64,000 nucleotides of DNA, taken from the NCBI GenBank assembly GCA_029762535.1, contig JARVGK010000003.1, positions 73,216-137,215 on the forward strand, in the 5' to 3' direction. The notes under the pieces are model-generated. The model worked only from the letters and a program-made list of their open reading frames with translations, ran no database searches and was not told where the DNA came from. Of this stretch, positions 38,608-48,452 are shown piece after piece (position 1 is the first letter of the stretch; the number at the start of each line of letters is the position of its first letter). This DNA is from Thermoplasmatota archaeon (lineage in GTDB: Archaea > Thermoplasmatota > Penumbrarchaeia > Penumbrarchaeales > Penumbrarchaeaceae). The position numbers and the translations under genes were made by a program.

Positions 38608-40365
38608 TCATTTGATATTGCGGAGGAAGCCCCTCTCGATCCACTGCTTGAACTTTTCCTTATCCTGGGCTTTCACCTCGACGACGTCCCCTGCCTTGTA
38701 CTTCGTCCTCGTGGACCAGTCCACGAACTTCGATGCCACCTCGTACCTGTCGATCCGGTCGTCGAGGGTCATGAGGTCTATTCTGCCCTTGACCTCGGAG
38801 TAGTTCCCCGGGAACACCTTCATCTCCCCGTCGTTGAGGACGGCGGTCCGGGTGCAGATCCCGTCCAGCAGATACCTGTCGTGGGACACGAGTATTATCG
38901 TCCCCGTGTAGTTCGAAAGCCCTTTTTCCACCGCGTCCCTGGACCTGATGTCAAGGTAATTTGTCGGCTCGTCCAGGACGAGCAGGTTCCTTCCCGATAC
39001 CATGAGGTTCGCCAGGGCCACCCTCGCCCTCTCCCCGCCGGAGAGGGTGGAGATCCTCCTCTCAGCGTCAGTCCCCGTTATCAGAAAGCTCGAGAGGGTC
39101 TTCCTGGCAATGGCCTTGCCGTCCGGGCCCGTGGCCCTCATCAACTGCTCCTCGGGGCTGAGTTCAGGGTCGAGGCCGTCGTGGGCCTGGGCGAAGTACC
39201 CTATGGTGGCCCCAGGAGCTAGCCAGAACTTCCCTTTGTGCGGGAGCTCTCCCATGAGCGCCTTGATGAAGGTGGATTTCCCGGAACCGTTGGGGCCGAA
39301 TATACCCAGCCTCTCTCCTGCATCAAGGTCCAGCTCCCCCAGCCTTATAACGGGCGTTCCATTCCTCTCGATCACCATGTCCCTTGCCATGATCACGTTC
39401 ACCCCGCCCCTGGGGGTGGTCCGGATGCTGAAGTCCATCTTCTTATCCCGGACGGGAGCCTCCTTCACGGCGGTCTTGTCAAGGAGTCGTTTCCTGGTCT
39501 TGAAGGTGGTCATATATCCCCACCTCCTCTTCTGCTCGGCGATGATCCTCTCCTGTCTCTGTCTCTCGGCGAGGTTCTTCTGCGCATCCTTGGTCCTCTG
39601 CCCCTCCTCCATCTCCCTTGCCATCGTGTACTCGGTGAACGATCCGTTGTAGGACCTCGTCAAACCGGATCGGACCTCGACGATCCTCGTCGCGACACGG
39701 TCCAGGAAATATCGATCGTGCGATATCGTGACGATAGCGCCCGGAAAGTCGATGAGCATGTCCTCGAGCCACTCGATGGTGCCCACGTCCAGGTGGCTCG
39801 TGGGCTCGTCGAGGAAGAGGACGTCAACGTCCTTGGACTGGACCAGTATCCTCGCTAGCATGACCTTGGTCACCTCGCCGCCGGAGAGCTCCGACATTCG
39901 ACGCTCCAGAAGGTTTAGCGGCATCTCCAGCTTTTCCAGCGCTTCCGCCGTGTAGGTGGTGGAATACTTCGCCCGGTCCGAGGCGTATTCCTCCTGCAGC
40001 TTCCCGTACTCGGCGTTGATCGCCTCCCAGTCCGCGTCCGGATAGGACATCATATCCTCCAGCTCGGAGATCCTCCTCGTCACATTCGAGGTCCTCCCGT
40101 AGGGGGCCTCTATGATGTCCTTGACTTTTGATGCAGGGGCGAAGTCCGGGATCTGGGGCAGGTATCCGATCCTGTCCGTTCTGATGCGAATATCCCCTGA
40201 ATCGGGTTTGACATACCCCATAAGCATTCGGATGAGCGTGGTCTTTCCCGCCCCGTTGTCTCCAACGAGGCCAATACTGTCCCCTTCCTCTATGATCAGG
40301 GAGGCGGATCCTATCACCTCTTTGTGGCCATATATCTTGGATAAGGATTCCGCACGGATCAGCAT
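38608..40365 (-). CDS. ABC-F family ribosome-associated ATPase
   Basis: Two NBDs (GDNGAGKTT/LSGGE/DEPTSHLD/SHDRYF and GPNGSGKST/LSGGE/DEPTNYLD), helical linker, no TM. Confidence 0.92.
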   Translation of the reverse strand: MLIRAESLSKIYGHKEVIGSASLIIEEGDSIGLVGDNGAGKTTLIRMLMGYVKPDSGDIRIRTDRIGYLPQIPDFAPASKVKDIIEAPYGRTSNVTRRISELEDMMSYPDADWEAINAEYGKLQEEYASDRAKYSTTYTAEALEKLEMPLNLLERRMSELSGGEVTKVMLARILVQSKDVDVLFLDEPTSHLDVGTIEWLEDMLIDFPGAIVTISHDRYFLDRVATRIVEVRSGLTRSYNGSFTEYTMAREMEEGQRTKDAQKNLAERQRQERIIAEQKRRWGYMTTFKTRKRLLDKTAVKEAPVRDKKMDFSIRTTPRGGVNVIMARDMVIERNGTPVIRLGELDLDAGERLGIFGPNGSGKSTFIKALMGELPHKGKFWLAPGATIGYFAQAHDGLDPELSPEEQLMRATGPDGKAIARKTLSSFLITGTDAERRISTLSGGERARVALANLMVSGRNLLVLDEPTNYLDIRSRDAVEKGLSNYTGTIILVSHDRYLLDGICTRTAVLNDGEMKVFPGNYSEVKGRIDLMTLDDRIDRYEVASKFVDWSTRTKYKAGDVVEVKAQDKEKFKQWIERGFLRNIK

Positions 40366-40451
40366 CGTGCGGGAGTAGGTGACCCTCGAATAAATAATCG
40401 ATGGGGGTCATCTAATTAAACCTGAAAATATATTGACCGACGGGAGAAGCA

Positions 40452-41654
40452 GTGAGAGCACCGATCGCGGCAGCATCCGTCCTCATTCTGTTATTCGTCT
40501 CTCTCCTCGGGTCTTTCAACGCATTTGCAGGAGATGGGACGGTGTCGGACGGCATCTCATTTGACGTGACGATCGTCAGGGATTACGAGTCCGGTCAGAT
40601 CCTCTGGCCTCCGGTGATCGGCGAGGACGTGCTATGTTACACCCTTTTCCAATACCCTCGATCGACATTCCCGGTGGAATTCGATTATGATCTGGTCCTC
40701 ATCGATACCCGAACGATGCTCGAGGTGGACCTGGGACTCGAGGGACAACAGTTCTACCCCCATACAGACGGTTCATTGTTGACCTTCATGCGCTCCGTGG
40801 ACCTCGTGGTCATGGACATCCGAACGGGGGATAAGGTCATCCTGAATGTGAGCACCTCGGAATTCTTGTTGAGCGGAGGGCATATCTTTGTCGTCCAGAA
40901 CCAGATGAACAGCGGTGATATCCTGTCCTACGATATTCGGGGAGGGACCTGGAACAGGATCACCGATAGCCCTTTCGATGAGGAGATGCTGGCCGTTCGC
41001 GGGGACAGGTTGGCATACGTTAAGGTTTACAGCGGTGGATCGGTCGTGTGCCATAACGACGTCGTGGGGGGAAAGGAGACGGTGATATCAGATCCTTCAT
41101 CCAATATCATGTCCCTCTCCATGGACCGGAGGCATGTTATATGGGCCCAGGACGAGGGCATCCTGCTTCACGACATGGAGAAGGCCATAACGAGGACTAT
41201 CGCCCCTGGTATGAAGGTCGGAGGCCTCTCGATAGACGGAGATATCGCGGTCTGGTCGGGAAGGTTCGACCGGACAACATATCGGAACAACCTGTTCCTG
41301 CATCACATCCCCTCGGGCAGGACGGTCGAGCTGTTCATGAACGCCTCCTCCCAGTTACATCCCTCGATCTCCGGGAACAGGATATTCTATATCGAGAAGG
41401 ATAAGAAGAGCGAGAGGGTGATGATGATAGAGATAACATCGATGCCGTCATATGGACCCCGAACATGGGGTCTGCCATCTAACGCCTCGAGCGCATATCC
41501 CTTGCTTCTCGCAGGGGACCTGACCTTGGTCCTTCTCCTTGCCTCTGCCGTCTTTCTGAGAGAAGGATCACCAACAGCGCGCCCAGGAGGATCGCGAGGA
41601 CCATCGCGGACAGGACGGGGCGCAGGTCCCTTGAGGGGGCGTCCTCCTCCATAA
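40452..41654 (+). CDS. exported beta-propeller/TolB-like protein with C-terminal TM
   Basis: Signal peptide, SIDGDIAVW and HPSISGNRIFY repeats. Confidence 0.7.
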   Translation: MRAPIAAASVLILLFVSLLGSFNAFAGDGTVSDGISFDVTIVRDYESGQILWPPVIGEDVLCYTLFQYPRSTFPVEFDYDLVLIDTRTMLEVDLGLEGQQFYPHTDGSLLTFMRSVDLVVMDIRTGDKVILNVSTSEFLLSGGHIFVVQNQMNSGDILSYDIRGGTWNRITDSPFDEEMLAVRGDRLAYVKVYSGGSVVCHNDVVGGKETVISDPSSNIMSLSMDRRHVIWAQDEGILLHDMEKAITRTIAPGMKVGGLSIDGDIAVWSGRFDRTTYRNNLFLHHIPSGRTVELFMNASSQLHPSISGNRIFYIEKDKKSERVMMIEITSMPSYGPRTWGLPSNASSAYPLLLAGDLTLVLLLASAVFLREGSPTARPGGSRGPSRTGRGAGPLRGRPPP

Positions 41655-43263
41655 CCCTGATGGTTACGTATGAGCTGGCCGTCGATCCGTAGCCGTCCAT
41701 TCCGGTGACGAATACCGCGTAAAGTCCCGGTTCGTCGAAGGTGTAGGAGGCGCTCGTCCCGTCTATTTCCATATGATCCTGGTGAGACGGGACGTGCCAT
41801 CTGCATGAGGCGAGGCCTCCATCAGCATGATGTGGGACGGCCTCGAGGTCCACCCGATAGGGGGCCCCGCCTTCGGTCCCGCTTAATCGTATCTCCATGA
41901 ACAGATCGCTCTCGCGGACCTCTATCGTTACAGAGGCCTCGGCCAAAGCCAGATCGTCGTCCCATGCGAAGAGACGGATCCTGTGAACCCCCACATCGAG
42001 AGTGATCGCCCCCTCCTTGAGCTCTCCTGCTCTTCCCTTCATAACGGCCATGGAGTTCACTATCATCCCGTCCTCGTCAGACGCTTCCCATGTGATATTG
42101 ACGGTGAGCGGGGCCTTCCCGTGTAGTTTGTCGGAGCGGATCTTGGCCGAGGGCGGCTTGTTGTTCGGCGCCGCATCGCTCCAGGTCAGATGCTCGAGCA
42201 GATATGTGTTGCTCACATTGATGAGCGCCACATGCAAACCGTTCTCATCGAAAAGGGAATCCACCTCGGTAGGAAAACATAGATGGATACCGCAGCTCAT
42301 ATGAAGTTCAGGGTCCAGATATGCGTTGTCGAGAAGCCTCATGCTCGAGTTTCTATCGATACCCAGGCTCAGTAGGTTGAGCCTGTAGGACTCATCGTAC
42401 AGAAGAGCAGCGATATCTCCGCTCGGATATTCTCCGCACAGTATCAACAGCCCAAAATGGTCCCTGAACCGCCAAATGCCATCAACCCGCTCCGCGATGC
42501 GAGATCGGTAAGTTTGGAGATTGGAGGGGTCCCGGTAGGATACCATCAATCGATCGCCGATGACCTTTACGGTCGGCATGTACCATTCGCCGAAGATCTC
42601 CGCGGTCTGTATCACCTCATCGCTCCATGAGCCGAGCCATCTCGTCCAAAGGGATATGCTATCGGAATACGCGACGCAAAGGTATGCGGTATCGCCATGT
42701 GCCGCTATCGCCATTTGAAAGGAGTGGCCCATATCCAGCTCCATGATGGACCGGGGCATGAACCCGCCGTCGAGGACGGCCTCTACCAGTGAAACATCGT
42801 TCCTGTAAACGATAAGGGGTCCCTCATCGATAATGACGAGCTTCGGCTGCTCTCCCACACATAACTGGGTGTAGTTCCATTCCTCACCCATCGAGTATCC
42901 GTGCATTATCTGCTTCTCGCCGTTCGGGGGCCCCATCGTGAAGACGATATGCGATGAGCCTTCCGGGCCGATGGCGTAGGTGAGATCGTCAAGGACGGCG
43001 ATGGTGCTATCGATCCTCCACAAGGTCCTTCGGCCCCACACACCATCATGGAATGAGGCTAAAACGATCTTCTGTTCCGTACCAGTGGCTGTGATATATG
43101 CTATTGTGGGCCCCTCCGCCATGGAGATGTCGGAGATCCCATCTTCCGAGGCGTCAACTACGCTGATGTTGATATAGGCATCATCCGGCAGGGAAGCATC
43201 CGAGTGGGGCAGGGCAGGGATCGATGCGAGGATGATGAAGAAGATGACGCACGAAACGCGCAT
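41479..43263 (-). CDS. exported PKD-domain protein with C-terminal TM
   Basis: Signal peptide; NKPPSAKI..GKAPLTVN..ASDEDG and SYTFDEPGLY PKD-like motifs. Confidence 0.75.
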   Translation of the reverse strand: MRVSCVIFFIILASIPALPHSDASLPDDAYINISVVDASEDGISDISMAEGPTIAYITATGTEQKIVLASFHDGVWGRRTLWRIDSTIAVLDDLTYAIGPEGSSHIVFTMGPPNGEKQIMHGYSMGEEWNYTQLCVGEQPKLVIIDEGPLIVYRNDVSLVEAVLDGGFMPRSIMELDMGHSFQMAIAAHGDTAYLCVAYSDSISLWTRWLGSWSDEVIQTAEIFGEWYMPTVKVIGDRLMVSYRDPSNLQTYRSRIAERVDGIWRFRDHFGLLILCGEYPSGDIAALLYDESYRLNLLSLGIDRNSSMRLLDNAYLDPELHMSCGIHLCFPTEVDSLFDENGLHVALINVSNTYLLEHLTWSDAAPNNKPPSAKIRSDKLHGKAPLTVNITWEASDEDGMIVNSMAVMKGRAGELKEGAITLDVGVHRIRLFAWDDDLALAEASVTIEVRESDLFMEIRLSGTEGGAPYRVDLEAVPHHADGGLASCRWHVPSHQDHMEIDGTSASYTFDEPGLYAVFVTGMDGYGSTASSYVTIRVMEEDAPSRDLRPVLSAMVLAILLGALLVILLSERRQRQGEGPRSGPLREARDMRSRR

Positions 43264-43287
43264 GATGCATCATCGCCCTGAAGGTTA

Positions 43288-43878
43288 TTAAAGCCGTATG
43301 CTGCCGAACTTCTCCGGGTGCTTCCCCTCTATCCCTTCGTAGAAACGGGCTATGACCTCCATGTCCTTTTCCTGATCCCCGGTAAGGGTGTAGAACCTTC
43401 CGATCCCCCCCTCCTTCTTCTTGAAATCGAGATATCCGAATCCCAAGGGAACCCCGGCCCCCAGAGCGATGTGGTAGAACCCGCTCTTCCAACGTTCGGT
43501 CCTCTTCCTTGTCCCCTCGGGGGTGATGGTTATCATGAGCTCATCCATCTCCCTGAAGGCCTTTATTGTCTGATCCACCCGGTTCATGGTCTTGCTTCTT
43601 TCAATAGGGATCCCGCCCAACCATCTGAAGAACCAACCCAAAGGAGGCTTGAACAGCGAATGTTTGCCGAACCAATGTCCCTTGATATCCGTGGCGAACG
43701 CGATCGTGAAGATGATGACGAAATCCCAGTTGGAGGTATGCGGAGCGAGTATCAACAGGTACTTCTCATGTCCCGAAGGCCCGCCAACCGCCTTCCATCC
43801 GGTCGATCCGAGAAGGATCCTGGATAGCCTCCTCAGAGCAGGGTAGATGACGGGTGTGTCGAATATGGTCCGCTGCAT
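43288..43878 (-). CDS. lysophospholipid acyltransferase (PlsC-like)
   Basis: APHTSNWD (HxxxxD), GGIPIER, TPEGTRK, GFYHIA. Confidence 0.9.
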   Translation of the reverse strand: MQRTIFDTPVIYPALRRLSRILLGSTGWKAVGGPSGHEKYLLILAPHTSNWDFVIIFTIAFATDIKGHWFGKHSLFKPPLGWFFRWLGGIPIERSKTMNRVDQTIKAFREMDELMITITPEGTRKRTERWKSGFYHIALGAGVPLGFGYLDFKKKEGGIGRFYTLTGDQEKDMEVIARFYEGIEGKHPEKFGSIRL

Positions 43879-44005
43879 TGAACTACTCCCGATACGGACC
43901 GTTAATGCGCGGCAATAATAAAAAACATGCTGGGTCTATCGCCCTCCGAGAAAACTTATATCGGCGCATCCGTTTATTGGTGTCGCGAAAGGGCGTGGTC
44001 CGAAG

Positions 44006-45478
44006 ATGTTGTACGATCGTCTGCAGAGATACTTCTCCATGAGCAGCGAGGAGGTAATTCGAAACCAGGAGGATAAGCTCAGGGATTTCATACAGCATCA
44101 GCTGTACCCTTTCTCCCCATATTACAGGAGGCTCTTCGATGACAAAGGGATCGATCCCCGTTCTATAAGGAGGATCAAGGACCTCGAGCTGGTCCCGCTC
44201 ACGAGGAAAGAGGACATCATGCCCTCACCTGAGAACCCAAAACGCTACAAGGACTTCATTCTTCAGCCGGACCCTGAAAAGATAAAGAGGCACTGGCCGA
44301 AGAGCGTGCTGGCCGGGATGAGGCTCAAGGAGCTGGTGGGCATCGATGTCAAGAAGGAGATCAGGGAGGAATACTACCCGAGCTTCATGATAGCTACATC
44401 CGGCACGACCGGGAACAACGTCCCGTTCATGTACACGAGGAAGGACATACTGCAACTTTCCGAGAACTACGCCTATACAAGGGAGCTCACGGGCATGAAG
44501 GACGAGTACGTCCTTCTCAACGTCTTTCCCTTCGCCCCGCATCTCGCCTTCATTTTCGCCTACTGGGTCAATATCGTGAGCAGTATCAGGATGTTCCACA
44601 CCGGTGGGGGGTCGATCACTTCTACCGACAAGACTCTGGATGTCCTTAGGGCCGTCGATGCCAACATCTTGGTCGGGATCCCGTCCTACGTGTATCATCT
44701 GTTAAGGAAGGCCCAGGAGAAGGGAACGGACCTCTCCTCGATCAAGCTCATAGGCACTGCTGGTGAGAAGCTATCAAGAGGGGCCAGGGAGAGGATGCTC
44801 GATATTCTCAAGGAAAGGGGCGCCAGGGACGTCGGGATCTTCGACCTGTACGGGACGACCGAGATGAGGGACGCCTACTGCGAATGCGCCCCTGGATCGG
44901 GGACTTACCACATACATCCCAACATACACATAGCCGAGATCGTGGACCCGCAGACGGGGGAACAGAAGGCCGAGGGTGAGGCCGGGGCCCTGGCAATAAC
45001 AAACATAGACGGGAGGGGGACCGTCGTGTGCAGGTACCTCATCGGCGACATATTCGAGGGGGGGCTGAAGTACGGAAAATGCCCTCACTGCGGTTGCAGC
45101 GTACCGAGGCTGGTCGGGCCCATAGGCAGGATGAGGGACTATTCCAGCAAGCTAGAGATGGCGAAGCTGAAGGGGACGCTCCTCAACCTCAACGTCTTCC
45201 ACGAGCTCCTGCCGGGGATAGATGGAGTTGATGAATGGCAGGTCATACTCGAGAAGAAGAACGACGACCCGCACGATCTTGATATACTCAGGATTAACAT
45301 CGCCCCCGCCCCCGGTTACGATGCGGCCGATCTGAAGCGTGTCGTCGGCGATGCGGTCAACGACGCCATCGAGATAAAGGCCCTGGTCGATACCAGCTTC
45401 ACCTCTGACCAGCTATTCGAAGCGATGGGGGGCAAGCTCAAGACGAAGAGGATCCTGGACAGAAGGCCCAGGGATTGA
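44006..45478 (+). CDS. phenylacetate-CoA ligase-like adenylating enzyme
   Basis: SPYYRRLF, TSGTTG, YGTTE, RYLIGD. Confidence 0.82.
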   Translation: MLYDRLQRYFSMSSEEVIRNQEDKLRDFIQHQLYPFSPYYRRLFDDKGIDPRSIRRIKDLELVPLTRKEDIMPSPENPKRYKDFILQPDPEKIKRHWPKSVLAGMRLKELVGIDVKKEIREEYYPSFMIATSGTTGNNVPFMYTRKDILQLSENYAYTRELTGMKDEYVLLNVFPFAPHLAFIFAYWVNIVSSIRMFHTGGGSITSTDKTLDVLRAVDANILVGIPSYVYHLLRKAQEKGTDLSSIKLIGTAGEKLSRGARERMLDILKERGARDVGIFDLYGTTEMRDAYCECAPGSGTYHIHPNIHIAEIVDPQTGEQKAEGEAGALAITNIDGRGTVVCRYLIGDIFEGGLKYGKCPHCGCSVPRLVGPIGRMRDYSSKLEMAKLKGTLLNLNVFHELLPGIDGVDEWQVILEKKNDDPHDLDILRINIAPAPGYDAADLKRVVGDAVNDAIEIKALVDTSFTSDQLFEAMGGKLKTKRILDRRPRD

Positions 45479-45487
45479 GATATTCCC

Positions 45488-45955
45488 TCACTTCTTCTTG
45501 CATCCTTTTCGAGTGGGCCTGACGAGCATCACCGGGCAGCAAGCGTGTCTGGACACGTATTCGGCGACGGAGCCCAGAAGAAGGGACGTGATCATGTTCC
45601 TGCCCTGGGACCCCATCACGATGAGGTCGAAATCATCCGAGGCTTCGACTATCTCCGATGATATGTTGCCTTTGGCGATGACGGTGTCGATAATGATGTC
45701 GTTCTCCTTACCCATCTTCTTGAACTTTTTGAGGTACTTCTCAACAGCGTTCACGCTCTCGCTCTCGATGAGGGTTATGGCGGAGTTTATCTCGGCCCCC
45801 TCGAAGCCCGTGTAGGAGAGTGATACCGGCTCGATGACGTGCAGGACCGTCAGTTTACCGTCTATCAGCTCGACCAGGGAGAGGGCCTTCTTGAAGGCCA
45901 GCTCGCTGAGTTCCGATCCGTCCACGGGGACTAGTATCCTCTTGAAATCCTTCAT
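45488..45955 (-). CDS. universal stress protein
   Basis: ILVPVDGSE, DLIVMGSQG, LLGSVAE.V.RHA.CPV. Confidence 0.95.
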   Translation of the reverse strand: MKDFKRILVPVDGSELSELAFKKALSLVELIDGKLTVLHVIEPVSLSYTGFEGAEINSAITLIESESVNAVEKYLKKFKKMGKENDIIIDTVIAKGNISSEIVEASDDFDLIVMGSQGRNMITSLLLGSVAEYVSRHACCPVMLVRPTRKGCKKK

Positions 45956-46007
45956 GTGGTCACCGATCGATAAATGTGCTCTCTGACGTATAATATTTGG
46001 GGTCGGC

Positions 46008-47000
46008 CTATATTTCCTTTTTTGGGATCCTCAGCATCTTCATGTATTGGGCCCTGGTGTACGCCTCGGGATCCGGCGAGTTCGCCATGGACATGCTTCC
46101 CCTGAACTCTGATAGGGAGGAGAATCCTTTTGCCTCCATCCATGAGGAGAGGTCATCCAGAGCTGTCCTTATGTGGTCCACGCCGCTGCGGTATAGGGCG
46201 GAGACCATCTGAACGCACGATGCCCCGGCAAGGATGAGCCTGGCAGCGTCCTGTCCGGAGTATATCCCCCCGCTGCCGCAGATGTCCGCACTGATATGAT
46301 CGTAGGCTATCCCCGTGAACCGCAGAGGCAGCTTGTGGTCCCCCTTGTAAGAGAGGTCGTTCTCGTATGCGGGGGTGAGGGTCTCGGTGTCTATGGTCGG
46401 CTGCAGGAACCTGTTGAACAGGACCAGGCCGTCCACACCTATTCGGTCCAGGGTGGTCATGAAGTTGAGGGGGTTCGTGTAGAAAGGGCTCAATTTGACG
46501 CTGAGCGGGACCTTGACGGCCTGCTTGACCGCCTCGAATATCCTCACCTGCTCGAGCTCGATGGAGTTCGAGTCCAGGTTGTGATCGACGGGCGTCGAGT
46601 ACATGTTCAGCTCCAATCCCGCGATCCCCGTACCCTCTAACAGTTTGGAGTATTCCACCCATATCTCGAGGTCCACGGCGTTGAGGCTGGCAATGACGGG
46701 AATGTCAAGCTCCTTCACCGCCTTCCTGACCCAGAAAAGATGGTTCTGCGGCCCTCTGTCCCTCAGGGTCGGCATCACATCGACCATCTCGGCGTGAAGG
46801 TCATCGTACATTCGCATGCGCTCCTCCTCGATGAAGCGCTCCATGCCCTCCTGCTCCTGGAACAGCGATTTGATCACGACCGCTCCCGCCCCGGCTCCTG
46901 CTATCCTGTGAAGCGTGTTCATGTCGGATGTCAGCGAGCTGGCTCCGACGACGATTGGGTTCTTCAGCTTAAGTCCCATGTACTCCGTTCTCATATCCAT
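46008..47000 (-). CDS. dihydroorotate dehydrogenase-like flavoprotein
   Basis: YMGLKLKNPIVV, KSLFQE, VKLSPFYT, LVLFNRF; lacks the SCPN catalytic Cys. Confidence 0.85.
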   Translation of the reverse strand: MDMRTEYMGLKLKNPIVVGASSLTSDMNTLHRIAGAGAGAVVIKSLFQEQEGMERFIEEERMRMYDDLHAEMVDVMPTLRDRGPQNHLFWVRKAVKELDIPVIASLNAVDLEIWVEYSKLLEGTGIAGLELNMYSTPVDHNLDSNSIELEQVRIFEAVKQAVKVPLSVKLSPFYTNPLNFMTTLDRIGVDGLVLFNRFLQPTIDTETLTPAYENDLSYKGDHKLPLRFTGIAYDHISADICGSGGIYSGQDAARLILAGASCVQMVSALYRSGVDHIRTALDDLSSWMEAKGFSSLSEFRGSMSMANSPDPEAYTRAQYMKMLRIPKKEI

Positions 47001-47057
47001 TTATCTTTCCCCCGATCTCCTGTCGATATGTATCGAGATAGATAAAGATGCCCCCTC

Positions 47058-48452
47058 TCATGTATCGCACACTACCTGTGCCCCTTTCTTCTTTTTCTCA
47101 AGCGCGTCCGGCCTGAAGTATGCCTTCAGCCATACGATCCCCGCCATCCCCGCCAGGATGTTCGAGAGCGCGATCCCAAGGAATATGCCCTCGAGACCCA
47201 GAAGATGACCCCCGATGAGCATGAAGGGTACCATGAAGGCTATCAGCCTGATGATGTTGAGAACGGCCGAGGGCATGGGCCTCCCCACGGCGTTGAAGGC
47301 GGATCCCGCGATGAAGCTTACGCTTATGAGGGTGTATCCCAGGCCCGAGAACACGAAGAAGCGCCAGTACGCGTCAATCACCTCGGGGTCCGACGTGAAC
47401 AGTCTGGCAGTGAGCAGAGATGTGGATGAAAGCAGCAGGTATATGAGTATGCCCCATGCCGCGCTCAGCCGGTTCGAGAACCTTATGGCCGTCCTCACCC
47501 TGTCCCACCTGGAGGCGCCGGAGTTCTGGCCTATGAACGGGATCAGAGCCACGGAGAGAGCTATCGGAGGCATCAGCAGGAGCCCCTCGAGCCTGGTCCC
47601 CGCCCCGAAGCCGGCGACCACCTCCTTTCCGTATCCCGCGAGAATGGCGGTTATGATGGCGGTGTTGACCGGGGCCAGGATATTGACGAAGGTCGCCGGG
47701 ACCCCCACCTTGAGAATGTCCTTCCAGGAACGCAGTATATTTTTGATGGGGACCATCCATTCGACGAGAAGCCCCTCCTCTTTCCTGAGGACGATCAAGG
47801 TCAACGGGAGCGTGACGAACCTCGCGATAACGGTGGCTATCGCGGCCCCTTCCATTCCCAGGGACGGGATCGGTCCGAACCCGAATATGAGAATGGGATC
47901 CAGAACCACGTTGAGGACCACTGCCGCGATGAGAATGTACATCGGCCTCTTCATGTCCCCAAGGCCTCTTAGAACGCTTCCGCCCAGTATCGGAACGGAT
48001 ATGAAGACGGCCCCTAGATACCACCAGGTCATGTAGTCCTTGAGCATCTCCAGTATGGACCCGCTCGCCCCCAGTGCGTTGAACAGGGGCCCCATGGTAG
48101 CTATGCCAGTTACCGTCACTGCGATGCCGATGAGCAGCCCCAGGAGCAGGGTGGATATGGTAAGCGCGCTCAACCTGCTCGTTTTACATGCGCCCACGGT
48201 ACGGGAAACGAGCGAGGTCACCCCTGTCCCGATACCTATCGAGATCGAGTTGAAGAAGAACACCGCCGGGAAGGAGAACGATATCGCGGCGAGTTCGTCC
48301 GTGCCCAGCATCCCGACGAATATGGTGTCCACTAAATTGAATAGCAGCATGGAGACGAAGGCGAACACGAGTGGGATCGACAGCCTGATGAGGGTCGCTC
48401 CCACCCGGCCCTCGGTCAGGGCCGCCCTCTTCGCGTTACTGCTACCGGTCAC
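47058..48452 (-). CDS. MATE-family efflux transporter
   Basis: About 12 TM; NLVDTIFVG, LNVVLDPILIFG, GAAIAT. Confidence 0.93.
   Translation of the reverse strand: MTGSSNAKRAALTEGRVGATLIRLSIPLVFAFVSMLLFNLVDTIFVGMLGTDELAAISFSFPAVFFFNSISIGIGTGVTSLVSRTVGACKTSRLSALTISTLLLGLLIGIAVTVTGIATMGPLFNALGASGSILEMLKDYMTWWYLGAVFISVPILGGSVLRGLGDMKRPMYILIAAVVLNVVLDPILIFGFGPIPSLGMEGAAIATVIARFVTLPLTLIVLRKEEGLLVEWMVPIKNILRSWKDILKVGVPATFVNILAPVNTAIITAILAGYGKEVVAGFGAGTRLEGLLLMPPIALSVALIPFIGQNSGASRWDRVRTAIRFSNRLSAAWGILIYLLLSSTSLLTARLFTSDPEVIDAYWRFFVFSGLGYTLISVSFIAGSAFNAVGRPMPSAVLNIIRLIAFMVPFMLIGGHLLGLEGIFLGIALSNILAGMAGIVWLKAYFRPDALEKKKKGAQVVCDT

Noticed and set aside
46008-47000. The pathway pyrD
   Set aside because: It lacks the catalytic Cys loop; the canonical pyrD-pyrK pair is at 53202-54949.
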